Below are positions 26,203-34,167 of a DNA stretch of 51,167 nucleotides, piece after piece; the first letter of the stretch is position 1; each line of letters opens with the position of its first letter. This DNA comes from an archaeon (GTDB lineage Archaea > Iainarchaeota > Iainarchaeia > Iainarchaeales > 0-14-0-20-34-12). The position numbers were made by a program, and so were the translations under genes. The notes under the pieces are model-generated. The model was not told the origin of the DNA. It made no database searches and was given only the letters and a program-made list of their open reading frames with translations. The stretch spans positions 87,414-138,580 of the forward strand of contig JBBSVU010000006.1 in assembly GCA_038046645.1 (NCBI GenBank). The letters are read 5' to 3'.

Positions 26203-26874
26203 TTGGTAGATTTTGTTTTAGGGCTAAAAAAGCCGTTTCAAGATATTAAAACACTAGTTATCGGAATTATTTTAGGTATGATTCCTTTCATAAGTTCACT
26301 TACAATTCCGGGATTTGGGTTAAAGGTAGCTGAAAAAACCCTTAAGGGCGACAATAAGCTTCCTGATTTCCTTGAGAATATTGGGGATTTAATCATTAAA
26401 TCCGTTTTATCGATAATTATAGGCCTGATTTATTTGATTCCGGCATTGCTCGTGCTTGTTGTCTCAATTGTGCTTTTTGCTTCAAGCCTATTAGGAAGCT
26501 TTACCGGATTATTAACTGGAGGCAATGTTGACTTTACTGCACTCATGGCAGCTTTAGGACCTTTTTTAGGTTATATGCTTGTAGTGATACTTTTGTTCTT
26601 AATTGCAGTATTCCTGCTGCCCTCAGCATTAGTTAATTACGTTGCATCAAATAAATTTTCTGCAGCATTCTCTTTTGGCACGGTAATTAAGAAAGCATTA
26701 ACCTTGAAGTATTTCATAGCCTGGATCTTTACAGTAATCCTTTACTTTGTTTTAGCATTCATTGTAGGGTTGCTTTCACTCATTCCGGTTGCAGGAACTC
26801 TACTAGGCACAGGGTTAATGATGTATTCATTGAATGTAATGGAATACACTTGGTTTGCAGAAGCCTGCAAATAA
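26203..26874 (+). CDS. DUF4013-like membrane protein
   Basis: KKPF, GF..KV...LPDF, IYLIP, AAFSF; GGAGGTG SD before TTG. Confidence 0.8.
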   Translation: MVDFVLGLKKPFQDIKTLVIGIILGMIPFISSLTIPGFGLKVAEKTLKGDNKLPDFLENIGDLIIKSVLSIIIGLIYLIPALLVLVVSIVLFASSLLGSFTGLLTGGNVDFTALMAALGPFLGYMLVVILLFLIAVFLLPSALVNYVASNKFSAAFSFGTVIKKALTLKYFIAWIFTVILYFVLAFIVGLLSLIPVAGTLLGTGLMMYSLNVMEYTWFAEACK

Positions 26875-26891
26875 AGTGATGCATAAAATAG

Positions 26892-26928
26892 CAGCGTGTT
26901 ATTAACACGCTGTTTCTTATTCTTTTTT
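26892..26928 (+). terminator. Hairpin plus T-rich tract
   Basis: CAGCGTGTT-ATT-AACACGCTG followed by TTTCTTATTCTTTTTT. Confidence 0.55.
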
Positions 26929-26952
26929 AATTACATATTCACTGATTGAATT

Positions 26953-28047
26953 ATGAAATCACTTTTTTTAGGCAAGATTTTTGGCATTGAATTGGAATTG
27001 CACTGGACATTCCTTTTAGTAATGGCATTTGTAATAATTTCACAGGCATTATTTTATCCGCAGACATTCCTTCCTGTTGTTTTTATTTTCTTTATACTTT
27101 TCCTTTCAGTATTCCTGCATGAATTATGCCATTCTGTTGTTTCCCTAAGCAAGCACATAAAAGTGAAGAAGATTATGCTATTGCCAATTGGAGGCGTAGC
27201 CTTAAGTGAACGGATGCCTGAGAAGCCAAAGGATGAATTCCTTATTGCGATTGCCGGGCCCTTATTTAATTTCTTGGTTGTTTCTGTGCTATTTGCTTTA
27301 ATAATTATTTTCAATCTGCCATTCCCATGGGAACTTTTCAATGACCCAAAAAATATGGTGAATTTTGAATCCTACCTTATTCAATTTCCCCTGTTTGCAG
27401 TTCTTTGGGTGAATTTTATGCTGGGTGCATTTAACTTATTCCTTCCAGCTTTGCCTCTTGATGGCGGCCGTGTTTTTAGGTCATTGTTAGCTTTAAAATT
27501 TGATTATGTTAAAGCTACGCGTTTAGCTACAAAAGTAAGTACCATATTTGCGTTTTTGCTTTTCTTCCTTGGATTTTTCAGTGGAAGCATTATGCTTACA
27601 ATAATTGCAGCATTGATTTATTTAGGGTCAAACCAGGAATATCAGTTAGTATCCTTGAAACATGCATTTAGCCACATAAATCTTTCTCATTTAATAAAGA
27701 AAAAGCCTTTTGTGATTGGTGAAACAAAAACCTTGAAAGAGGCAAAGGAATTTATGCTAAAAAAGAATGTCACTTCTTTGTTAGTAAAAAGAAAACTTGG
27801 TTTTGGCTTGATTTCATCAGAGGATATTGTAAAACAAAATGCAAATATGGGATTGCCAATTTCAAATTATCTGACTGAACTCCCAATTATTTCTGCAACA
27901 TCTACCAGCTCTGAATTAATGGAGAAATTTTATACAACCGGGCTTCCATTCCTGCCAATTGTGCATAATTCAAAACTGCTCGGGGTAATCGAAGCATCGT
28001 CGCTTGAAAAATTGCAGAAATTGCATGCACTTGAGCGCCTGAAATAA
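26953..28047 (+). CDS. Site-2 protease (M50) with CBS-like C-terminal domains
   Basis: LHELCH, LPIGGVA, AIAGP, FNLFLPALPLDGGR. Confidence 0.93.
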   Translation: MKSLFLGKIFGIELELHWTFLLVMAFVIISQALFYPQTFLPVVFIFFILFLSVFLHELCHSVVSLSKHIKVKKIMLLPIGGVALSERMPEKPKDEFLIAIAGPLFNFLVVSVLFALIIIFNLPFPWELFNDPKNMVNFESYLIQFPLFAVLWVNFMLGAFNLFLPALPLDGGRVFRSLLALKFDYVKATRLATKVSTIFAFLLFFLGFFSGSIMLTIIAALIYLGSNQEYQLVSLKHAFSHINLSHLIKKKPFVIGETKTLKEAKEFMLKKNVTSLLVKRKLGFGLISSEDIVKQNANMGLPISNYLTELPIISATSTSSELMEKFYTTGLPFLPIVHNSKLLGVIEASSLEKLQKLHALERLK

Positions 28048-28088
28048 GCCAAAATCTATTTTTAATACCTCTTTGTTAAACTTTTATT

Positions 28089-28176
28089 GCTGGGATCGGA
28101 TAATCCGGTATTCCGCCAGTTTCGAAAACTGGTGTGCTTCTCGCACATGTGGGTTCAAATCCCACTCCCAGCGCCA
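28089..28176 (+). tRNA. tRNA-Ser(CGA)
   Basis: GCTGGGA/TCCCAGC acceptor stem, CCAGT-TTCGAAA-ACTGG anticodon arm, long variable arm, G73, encoded CCA. Confidence 0.95.
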
Positions 28177-28179
28177 ATC

Positions 28180-28239
28180 CTTTCTTTTCTTTTCCTAAAC
28201 GAAAAGAAAGCCTTAGGCATATTCCAAAGAAAAGAAAAA
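28180..28239 (+). repeat. Potential intrastrand triplex element, copy C
   Basis: CTTTCTTTTCTTTT / GAAAAGAAAG / CCTTAGGCATATTCC / AAAGAAAAGAAAA; 3 nt after the tRNA-Ser CCA. Confidence 0.7.
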
Positions 28240-28291
28240 CTACTATTGTAACAAAAACATATTTAATCCCATTTCCTTATTTCTCTATATT

Positions 28292-28900
28292 ATGATCCCA
28301 ATTGTGCAGATGTTTTCGGATTTTTTAATCTCATTAATTTCAAGCTGGGGTTATTTATCCATTATTGTTCTGATGGCAATGGAATCAGCAAATCTGCCAA
28401 TCCCTAGTGAAATAGTAATGCCATTTGCTGGTTACTTGGTTTATTTGGGGAAATTGGATTTCGTAATGGTTGCCTTGGCAGGAACTTTAGGAAATTTAAT
28501 CGGCTCAATCCTTTCATATTGGGGCGGAGCCTATGTTGGTAGGGCAGTACTTCTAAAATATGGAAAATATGCCCTAATTTCTGAAAAGAAACTGAATTGG
28601 GCAGATTCATGGTTTGCGAAATATGGGCATAAAGCAGTTTTTATTTCAAGGATGCTGCCTGTAATAAGAACCTTTATTTCAACGCCTGCTGGAGTAACAA
28701 GAATGGATTTCAAGAAATTTGTCCTTTACACAACGTTAGGCTCTTTACCTTGGAATTTTGCTTTAGCTTATTTGGGCATTTATTTGGGCCCAAACTGGAA
28801 CTCAATGATAAATTTCTTCCATATGTTTGATGTAATTATCGTATTCTTGATAGTAGCATTCACAATTTGGTACTGGAAGAAAATAAATTCGCACAATTAG
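28292..28900 (+). CDS. DedA family membrane protein
   Basis: MESANLPIPSEIVMPFAG, SRMLPVIRTFISTPAG. Confidence 0.93.
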   Translation: MIPIVQMFSDFLISLISSWGYLSIIVLMAMESANLPIPSEIVMPFAGYLVYLGKLDFVMVALAGTLGNLIGSILSYWGGAYVGRAVLLKYGKYALISEKKLNWADSWFAKYGHKAVFISRMLPVIRTFISTPAGVTRMDFKKFVLYTTLGSLPWNFALAYLGIYLGPNWNSMINFFHMFDVIIVFLIVAFTIWYWKKINSHN

Positions 28901-28960
28901 TTTCTGTGTGCTTAATGATAAAGAGCAAATCAATTATCCTTAGTGGTGATGCCCTATTTG

Positions 28961-30181
28961 CTAAGATCCATTAAAGGACAATAACCATTTCCAAACAGGT
29001 TTTATGAGTATTTTTTTGTTTTGTATTTCAATCATGTCTTCTTGATCATATGTTAAAATTAATCCTTGTTTCAATTTAAATTTAGCCAGCACTTCCACTA
29101 ATCCATTAATTTCTCGTTCATTATTGTCTTCATTGAGTTCATAACAAACCTGAATTGCTTGGGTTATTTTTCCTTTCTCTTTTATTATAAAGTCACATTC
29201 GTTTTTTTCTTTGAAATAAAATAGTTCTTTATATTTTCTTCTTAAATGCAAAAAAACTTGGTTTTCCAACATCCTTCCTCGGTCTTTTGAAAAAGAAATT
29301 GAATTTGCTAACGATAAACCATTGTCAATTGAATAAATCTTTTTTGGGTTAACCTGCTGTTCTTTATAGGAATAACTAAATTTTGGAATAGTAAATAATA
29401 AGTAAGAGTCCTCAAAAAATGAAATATAGTCAATAATGCTTTGGACAGAGGCAACTGAAAACATTTTCTTTAAGGAATTAAATGAAAATTCCTTTCCGAC
29501 ATTACTAATCAAATAAACTGCCAATTTCTTTAATAGGTCTGAATTCCTAATGCTAAACCTGACAGCAACATCCCTTATTACGACATCTTTTAATAATTCC
29601 TGTAAAACAAAATTTTGTTTTCTTTCAAGATATTCCGGAAAACCCCCCAATCTAAAATATTTTTCGAAAGAATCAATTGAGGGGGCAAAATTAAAGTAAT
29701 CCAAAAATTCTTTAAAAGAAAAAGGAAATAATTCGTAACTCAAATGCCTGCCAGTCAAAAGTGTTCCGAGTTCTTTGCTTAAAAGAGAAGCATTAGAACC
29801 GGTTAAAACTACCTTCTTTTTTTTATCCACAAGAGAACGCACAAATTTTTCCCATTTAGGGACAACTTGAATTTCATCAAAAAAATAAATGCCATTCCCC
29901 CCATATAATGCATTAAAAATTTCATCTAATTTAACAAAATCAGATAATTCAAAATCATCCAAACGGACATCTTCTAGGTTAATATAATAAAAATTTTTCT
30001 CTTTCTTCAAAAGCTGCCTCAAAAGAGTGCTTTTACCGCAACGCCTTATGCCGGAGATGACCTTGACAAAAGAAGGAACAGGCTTAACTAAAGGAAGATC
30101 TTCCCTAATGACTGTCTTTTCATTCAAAGCCAATTCTTTTTTTTGGGTAACAATTATTTTTTCTAATTTTTCTTTAAGCAT
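28961..30181 (-). CDS. AAA_14 / DUF4143-type ATPase
   Basis: GIRRCGKS, FFDEIQ, TGSNASLLS, LTGR, GGFPE, KIYSIDNG, ENQV...ECDF...IQV nuclease-like tail. Confidence 0.9.
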   Translation of the reverse strand: MLKEKLEKIIVTQKKELALNEKTVIREDLPLVKPVPSFVKVISGIRRCGKSTLLRQLLKKEKNFYYINLEDVRLDDFELSDFVKLDEIFNALYGGNGIYFFDEIQVVPKWEKFVRSLVDKKKKVVLTGSNASLLSKELGTLLTGRHLSYELFPFSFKEFLDYFNFAPSIDSFEKYFRLGGFPEYLERKQNFVLQELLKDVVIRDVAVRFSIRNSDLLKKLAVYLISNVGKEFSFNSLKKMFSVASVQSIIDYISFFEDSYLLFTIPKFSYSYKEQQVNPKKIYSIDNGLSLANSISFSKDRGRMLENQVFLHLRRKYKELFYFKEKNECDFIIKEKGKITQAIQVCYELNEDNNEREINGLVEVLAKFKLKQGLILTYDQEDMIEIQNKKILIKPVWKWLLSFNGS

Positions 30182-30214
30182 ATAAATACAAACAAGCTAA
30201 GCATTTTTAAATCA

Positions 30215-30254
30215 TTCTATTAGTAATAGAAAGAAGCTTCTATTAGTAGTAGAA
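30215..30254. promoter_or_regulatory. Tandem palindromic operator-like sites
   Basis: TTCTATTAGTAATAGAA (30215-30231) and TTCTATTAGTAGTAGAA (30238-30254), just upstream of the TTTAAAAA box of the ATPase gene. Confidence 0.55.
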
Positions 30255-30266
30255 ACAATGCTTAAC

Positions 30267-30685
30267 CTAAAGCTTCTTTACCTTGTTATGGTATCGTAAC
30301 AAATCCCAAAAATCGTATCCAACACAAGCAACATACAGTAAGAGGAGTAAGATATCTAGAATTAAAAAAGGTCCAATAATCATACTAATCAGTACTTGTG
30401 AGACCATAATGGAAAAACCAATAATCAGCAGCAGTAAGCCAGTTGTAATATGTCCCAAAATTCTTTCTAAGGGATTGGCAAAGTTTGTTTTTTCATAAGT
30501 AAATGCAAAACAGCCAAAGCAGGCAATTACTGAAATTAAAGAAGAAAAAGTTAACATTGCAGAGATGCTGGAAATATCAGTAATTTCGCTGTTTATTAAT
30601 TGGCTTTTGAGGGGGAGTATAACATTACTAAAATAATTAGTATAAGACTGTTTTTCAAAATGTTTTCCTTTATTAGCTTGTTCAT
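30267..30685 (-). pseudogene. Membrane protein gene with a 1-nt frameshift in a C5 tract
   Basis: ATG 30685 frame (MNKLIKENILKNSLILIILVMLYSP) stops shortly after the tract at 30611-30615. One extra C joins it to the 30267-30557 ORF, giving 139 aa. Confidence 0.65.
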
Positions 30686-30722
30686 AATATACCTATAGAT
30701 AACTGCTTAATAAAGATTTCTT

Positions 30723-32867
30723 CTAGAAAATCTTATATCTTCCACCGCAATATTTCACAATCAGTTCGCAAGCTTCCTTCAATTTCTCTTCAAGTAGCTT
30801 ATCGTTTGTTTTCAAATTTCCCTGAACTTCCAAGACAGCATTTTTAGTATTCTTTGTTATTTTGGATTCATCATCCTGCCGTACATCCATCCGGCACAAA
30901 ACATTTCCTAAAGAATCAGTGATTGCATATTCCCCTTTTTTAGCAATAGCTTTTTCCTTTGCACCCATTGGAATAAATTCCTTGTCATCTTTCAAAATAA
31001 CAAATTCCAAATCTCCTTTTAATTTGTCCAAATCATGCGCCCCGATTGTCAAGCCTGAATCAACGCTCACCACATTGTAAGCGTCAACAAAGGTATTTAT
31101 TGTAGGCAATTTCCCTGCTCTTTTAATCATGCCGAGCAAACGTTCAGCAGGGGTTAATTCATTTTTGAATTCAGCAGTTCTCTGTGCCTTATAAGCATTG
31201 ACAATTTCATTATTTTCAAATGTTTTTTCCTTTGCTTTCTTCTCAAATTCTTCTTTAAATTTTTCAAGCTGATTATTTTTGCTTTTTATCTCTAAATTTG
31301 TGAGAATAGCATGCTTGCTTTTTATTCCAAGCTTTTTTGCCTCTTCACTTATTGAAAAGTTAATCTCTTTTTTGGTCTCCTCTGCTTTATATTCAACTTT
31401 TTTAAACAAAATTTCTGTTTTCCTGATTAAAGTTCCTGATTTTAAAAGCCCAAACTTGCAATCATTTAAATTTCCAGCAGTAATCCCTAATTGTTTATTT
31501 ATTCTTTCAGAGGTTTCTGGCATAAATGAGGAAAGCAGTATTGAAATTATCCTCAAGGAATCCGCTAATACATATAAAACATTTTCCAATTCCTTGCCTT
31601 TTAATTTCCAGGGCTCTTTTTCATTTACATATGCATTGGCTGAATTAACAATGCCCATAATTTGCTGCAAAGCCAAATGCAGTTCATATTTTTCCATATA
31701 TTTTTTTATTTTTTCAATCTCTATTTCATTCTTTTCTGCAAACTGCAGGTCAATATTCGCATTTGGGATTTTTCCATTGCAGTATCTTTCAACCATTGTT
31801 AACGTTCTTTGCAGCAAATTGCCCAAATCATTGGCTAATTCATCATTCACATGCTTGCAGAGCAATTTCTCAGAAAAATAACCGTCTTCGCCAAAAGGAA
31901 TCTCCCTAGTCAAGTAATATCTTAAATTATCTGCCCCATACTTATCAGCCAATTTAAGGGGATCAATTACATTGCCTAGTGATTTGCTCATTTTTTCGCC
32001 AGAATCTGTTTTTATAAATCCATGGACAAAAACAGTTTTTGGCAGTTCAATATTAGCTGCCATTAAAATGCTCCACCATATTACTGTATGGTGCCACAAA
32101 ATATCCTTTCCTATCAAGTGAACATCAGCAGGCCAGAATTTCTTGAATCTTGCAGAAGGATAATCAATTCCTGAAATATAATTCAGCAAGGCATCATACC
32201 AAACATAGATTGAATGTTTTGAATTAATTGGCAAGGGAATGCCCCATTCTAAATTAGCCCTTGATACTGATAAATCTAATAATCCTTCCTGCATCCTGTT
32301 AAGAATCTCTTTTTTCCTGTGTTCTGGCAGGACAGTTGCCTCCGTTGCAAAATATTCCCTCAATTTCTTTTCATATTTGCCCATTTTAAAGAAATAGCTT
32401 TCTTCCTTCAATACTTCACATTTTTTTCCGTGTGTAGGGCAGTTCCCATTTGCCAATTCTTTTTCAGTATAAAATGTTTCGCAATCAGTGCAATAATGCC
32501 CTTCATATTTTCCCAAATAAATGTCGCCTTTATCATATACCTTCTTGAATATTTCTTGGCACATTTGCATATGCTCTTTTTCAGTTGTCCTTATGAAGCG
32601 GTCATTTGAGATATTCAATTTTTTGCATAATTCTAAGAATGCCTTGCTTTGGTAATCCACAAATTCCTTTGGTTTCATCCCTTTTTTTTCTGCAGCTTTT
32701 TGTATCTTCCTTCCGTGTTCATCTGTACCGGTAAGGAAGAATACATCTTTACCAAGCAGGCGATGCCATCTTGCGATAACATCTGCGCATATTTTCTCAT
32801 ATGCATGCCCAAGATGCGGGTCTGAACTGGGATAATCTATTGCAGTTGTAATGTAAAATTTATTCAT
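30723..32867 (-). CDS. metG: Methionyl-tRNA synthetase with C-terminal B3/4-like domain
   Basis: HLGH, DEHG, single Zn knuckle, YVWYDAL, KMSKS, anticodon domain LANDLGNL. C-terminal ~210 aa carry PTINTFVDAYN...GAHDLD. Confidence 0.95.
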   Translation of the reverse strand: MNKFYITTAIDYPSSDPHLGHAYEKICADVIARWHRLLGKDVFFLTGTDEHGRKIQKAAEKKGMKPKEFVDYQSKAFLELCKKLNISNDRFIRTTEKEHMQMCQEIFKKVYDKGDIYLGKYEGHYCTDCETFYTEKELANGNCPTHGKKCEVLKEESYFFKMGKYEKKLREYFATEATVLPEHRKKEILNRMQEGLLDLSVSRANLEWGIPLPINSKHSIYVWYDALLNYISGIDYPSARFKKFWPADVHLIGKDILWHHTVIWWSILMAANIELPKTVFVHGFIKTDSGEKMSKSLGNVIDPLKLADKYGADNLRYYLTREIPFGEDGYFSEKLLCKHVNDELANDLGNLLQRTLTMVERYCNGKIPNANIDLQFAEKNEIEIEKIKKYMEKYELHLALQQIMGIVNSANAYVNEKEPWKLKGKELENVLYVLADSLRIISILLSSFMPETSERINKQLGITAGNLNDCKFGLLKSGTLIRKTEILFKKVEYKAEETKKEINFSISEEAKKLGIKSKHAILTNLEIKSKNNQLEKFKEEFEKKAKEKTFENNEIVNAYKAQRTAEFKNELTPAERLLGMIKRAGKLPTINTFVDAYNVVSVDSGLTIGAHDLDKLKGDLEFVILKDDKEFIPMGAKEKAIAKKGEYAITDSLGNVLCRMDVRQDDESKITKNTKNAVLEVQGNLKTNDKLLEEKLKEACELIVKYCGGRYKIF

Positions 32868-32954
32868 ACTCCTATTACTTCAGTTTAAGAACTACTTTTA
32901 ATATTTGCCTTTGCTCTCTATTCAATTTTTAAACATTTTAATGCAAGGTTAAGT

Positions 32955-33854
32955 ATGCCAAAACCAAGGAGATCTGCAAGGCAGGGGCGCGTTAGTTATG
33001 TAGGCAGAGAGGTAACTGTTGGAGGAAAGCCACTTAGTTTATCTGATTATAGAAAGCGTTTAATTGCACAAAGCAAATGGCTTGGGAATGCAAGAAAAAC
33101 AAGGGAAGTGCTTGAAGAGCAATTAAGGCAGTTTGAAAAGCTTGAAGAAGTGCTTGGTTTATTGAGAACTGGGTTATCCCCTGGGGAAGTAGCTAGGGAA
33201 ACTGGTTTAGCGCCGAATACCGTGAGAAGATGGCATAGGGGAGAAAATCTTCCACAATACCTGTCAGAAAGGTTTTTTGCCCAAAAAAAGAAGGAGCGCA
33301 AGCCAATATTTATTCCAAAACCCTCTGCCAATGATACAGACTTTGCTTATGTTTTAGGGGCAATGTGCGGCAATGCATCAGTAAAAAGGGAAACCCCCTT
33401 AATATTTCTAAGAGCTAAAGATAGGGCATTTGTTGAAGCATTTAAGGATAAATTATCTAAATTTGTGCCAATCAAGGGAACAATAACCAAAAAAACAGAT
33501 TTGTGGGAATTTTCCGTTAAATCAGCATCTGCAGCACAAGAGTTTAACAGATTGACTGCCTATGGTAAGAAACCTCCTTTGGCCTATCTTAGGGTTTCTG
33601 GCACAAAAAGAGCATTTGCAAGAGCATTATTTGATAGCCATGGATATATGAGTAGAAAAGCAGGCACAGATAGGGCAAGGGTGCTGTTTTCAAAATCAAA
33701 CCCTAGGATTTTAAATTTTATAAAAGAAGTTTTAACGCAAGAAGGCATACATTTTTCGAATTTTAGCTCTAAGGGGGTTGCAGGGATTGCAATTGACAAC
33801 CAAAGAGCTATCCTTAAATTCTTTGAGCGAATAGGCTTTACAAAAGAATTATGA
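32955..33854 (+). CDS. Free-standing HTH + degenerate LAGLIDADG-like protein
   Basis: HTH LSPGEVARETGLAPNTVRRW; motifs FAYVLGAMCGNAS and FARALFDSHG; C-terminal FFERIGF. Confidence 0.8.
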   Translation: MPKPRRSARQGRVSYVGREVTVGGKPLSLSDYRKRLIAQSKWLGNARKTREVLEEQLRQFEKLEEVLGLLRTGLSPGEVARETGLAPNTVRRWHRGENLPQYLSERFFAQKKKERKPIFIPKPSANDTDFAYVLGAMCGNASVKRETPLIFLRAKDRAFVEAFKDKLSKFVPIKGTITKKTDLWEFSVKSASAAQEFNRLTAYGKKPPLAYLRVSGTKRAFARALFDSHGYMSRKAGTDRARVLFSKSNPRILNFIKEVLTQEGIHFSNFSSKGVAGIAIDNQRAILKFFERIGFTKEL

Positions 33855-34038
33855 TTCAGTTTCCTAATCCACATAGCTATTGCTTAGTTTGGAAACTGAA
33901 TTGATTATTAATAATAAATTAAGTGCTCTATTATATCTACAATATTTTTTTAGAGCCCAACACTCTTTCTCCCGACACACACTTTTAACATACACAACTA
34001 AGCGGGTGAATAGGTTAGTTTTTTTATAAATTAGAGTA

Positions 34039-34097
34039 TTTCTCTTTTCTTTCGGCAACTTACACTTTCTTTTCTCTTTAAGAAAGAGAAAAGAAAG
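34039..34097 (-). repeat. Potential intrastrand triplex element, copy D (perfect 15-mer)
   Basis: Minus strand: CTTTCTTTTCTCTTT / AAAGAGAAAAGAAAG / TGTAAGTTGCC / GAAAGAAAAGAGAAA. Confidence 0.85.
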
Positions 34098-34167
34098 GGC
34101 AGTTCAGGGGAAATCTACTCTCCCAATCCGCTTTTAAACCAAAGAAAACAGTATTTAGGAGATATAT

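Noticed and set aside
30215..30254. Possible mini-CRISPR (also 44480-44513)
   Set aside because: Only two units, spacers of 6 and 0 nt, and no cas genes.
28089..30685. Possible integrative element at tRNA-Ser
   Set aside because: No integrase and no duplicated tRNA 3' end (att site) seen.
33864..34058. 64 aa minus-strand ORF in the mcm upstream spacer
   Set aside because: It starts inside the triplex repeat with a TTG codon, has no recognisable motif and is likely spurious.
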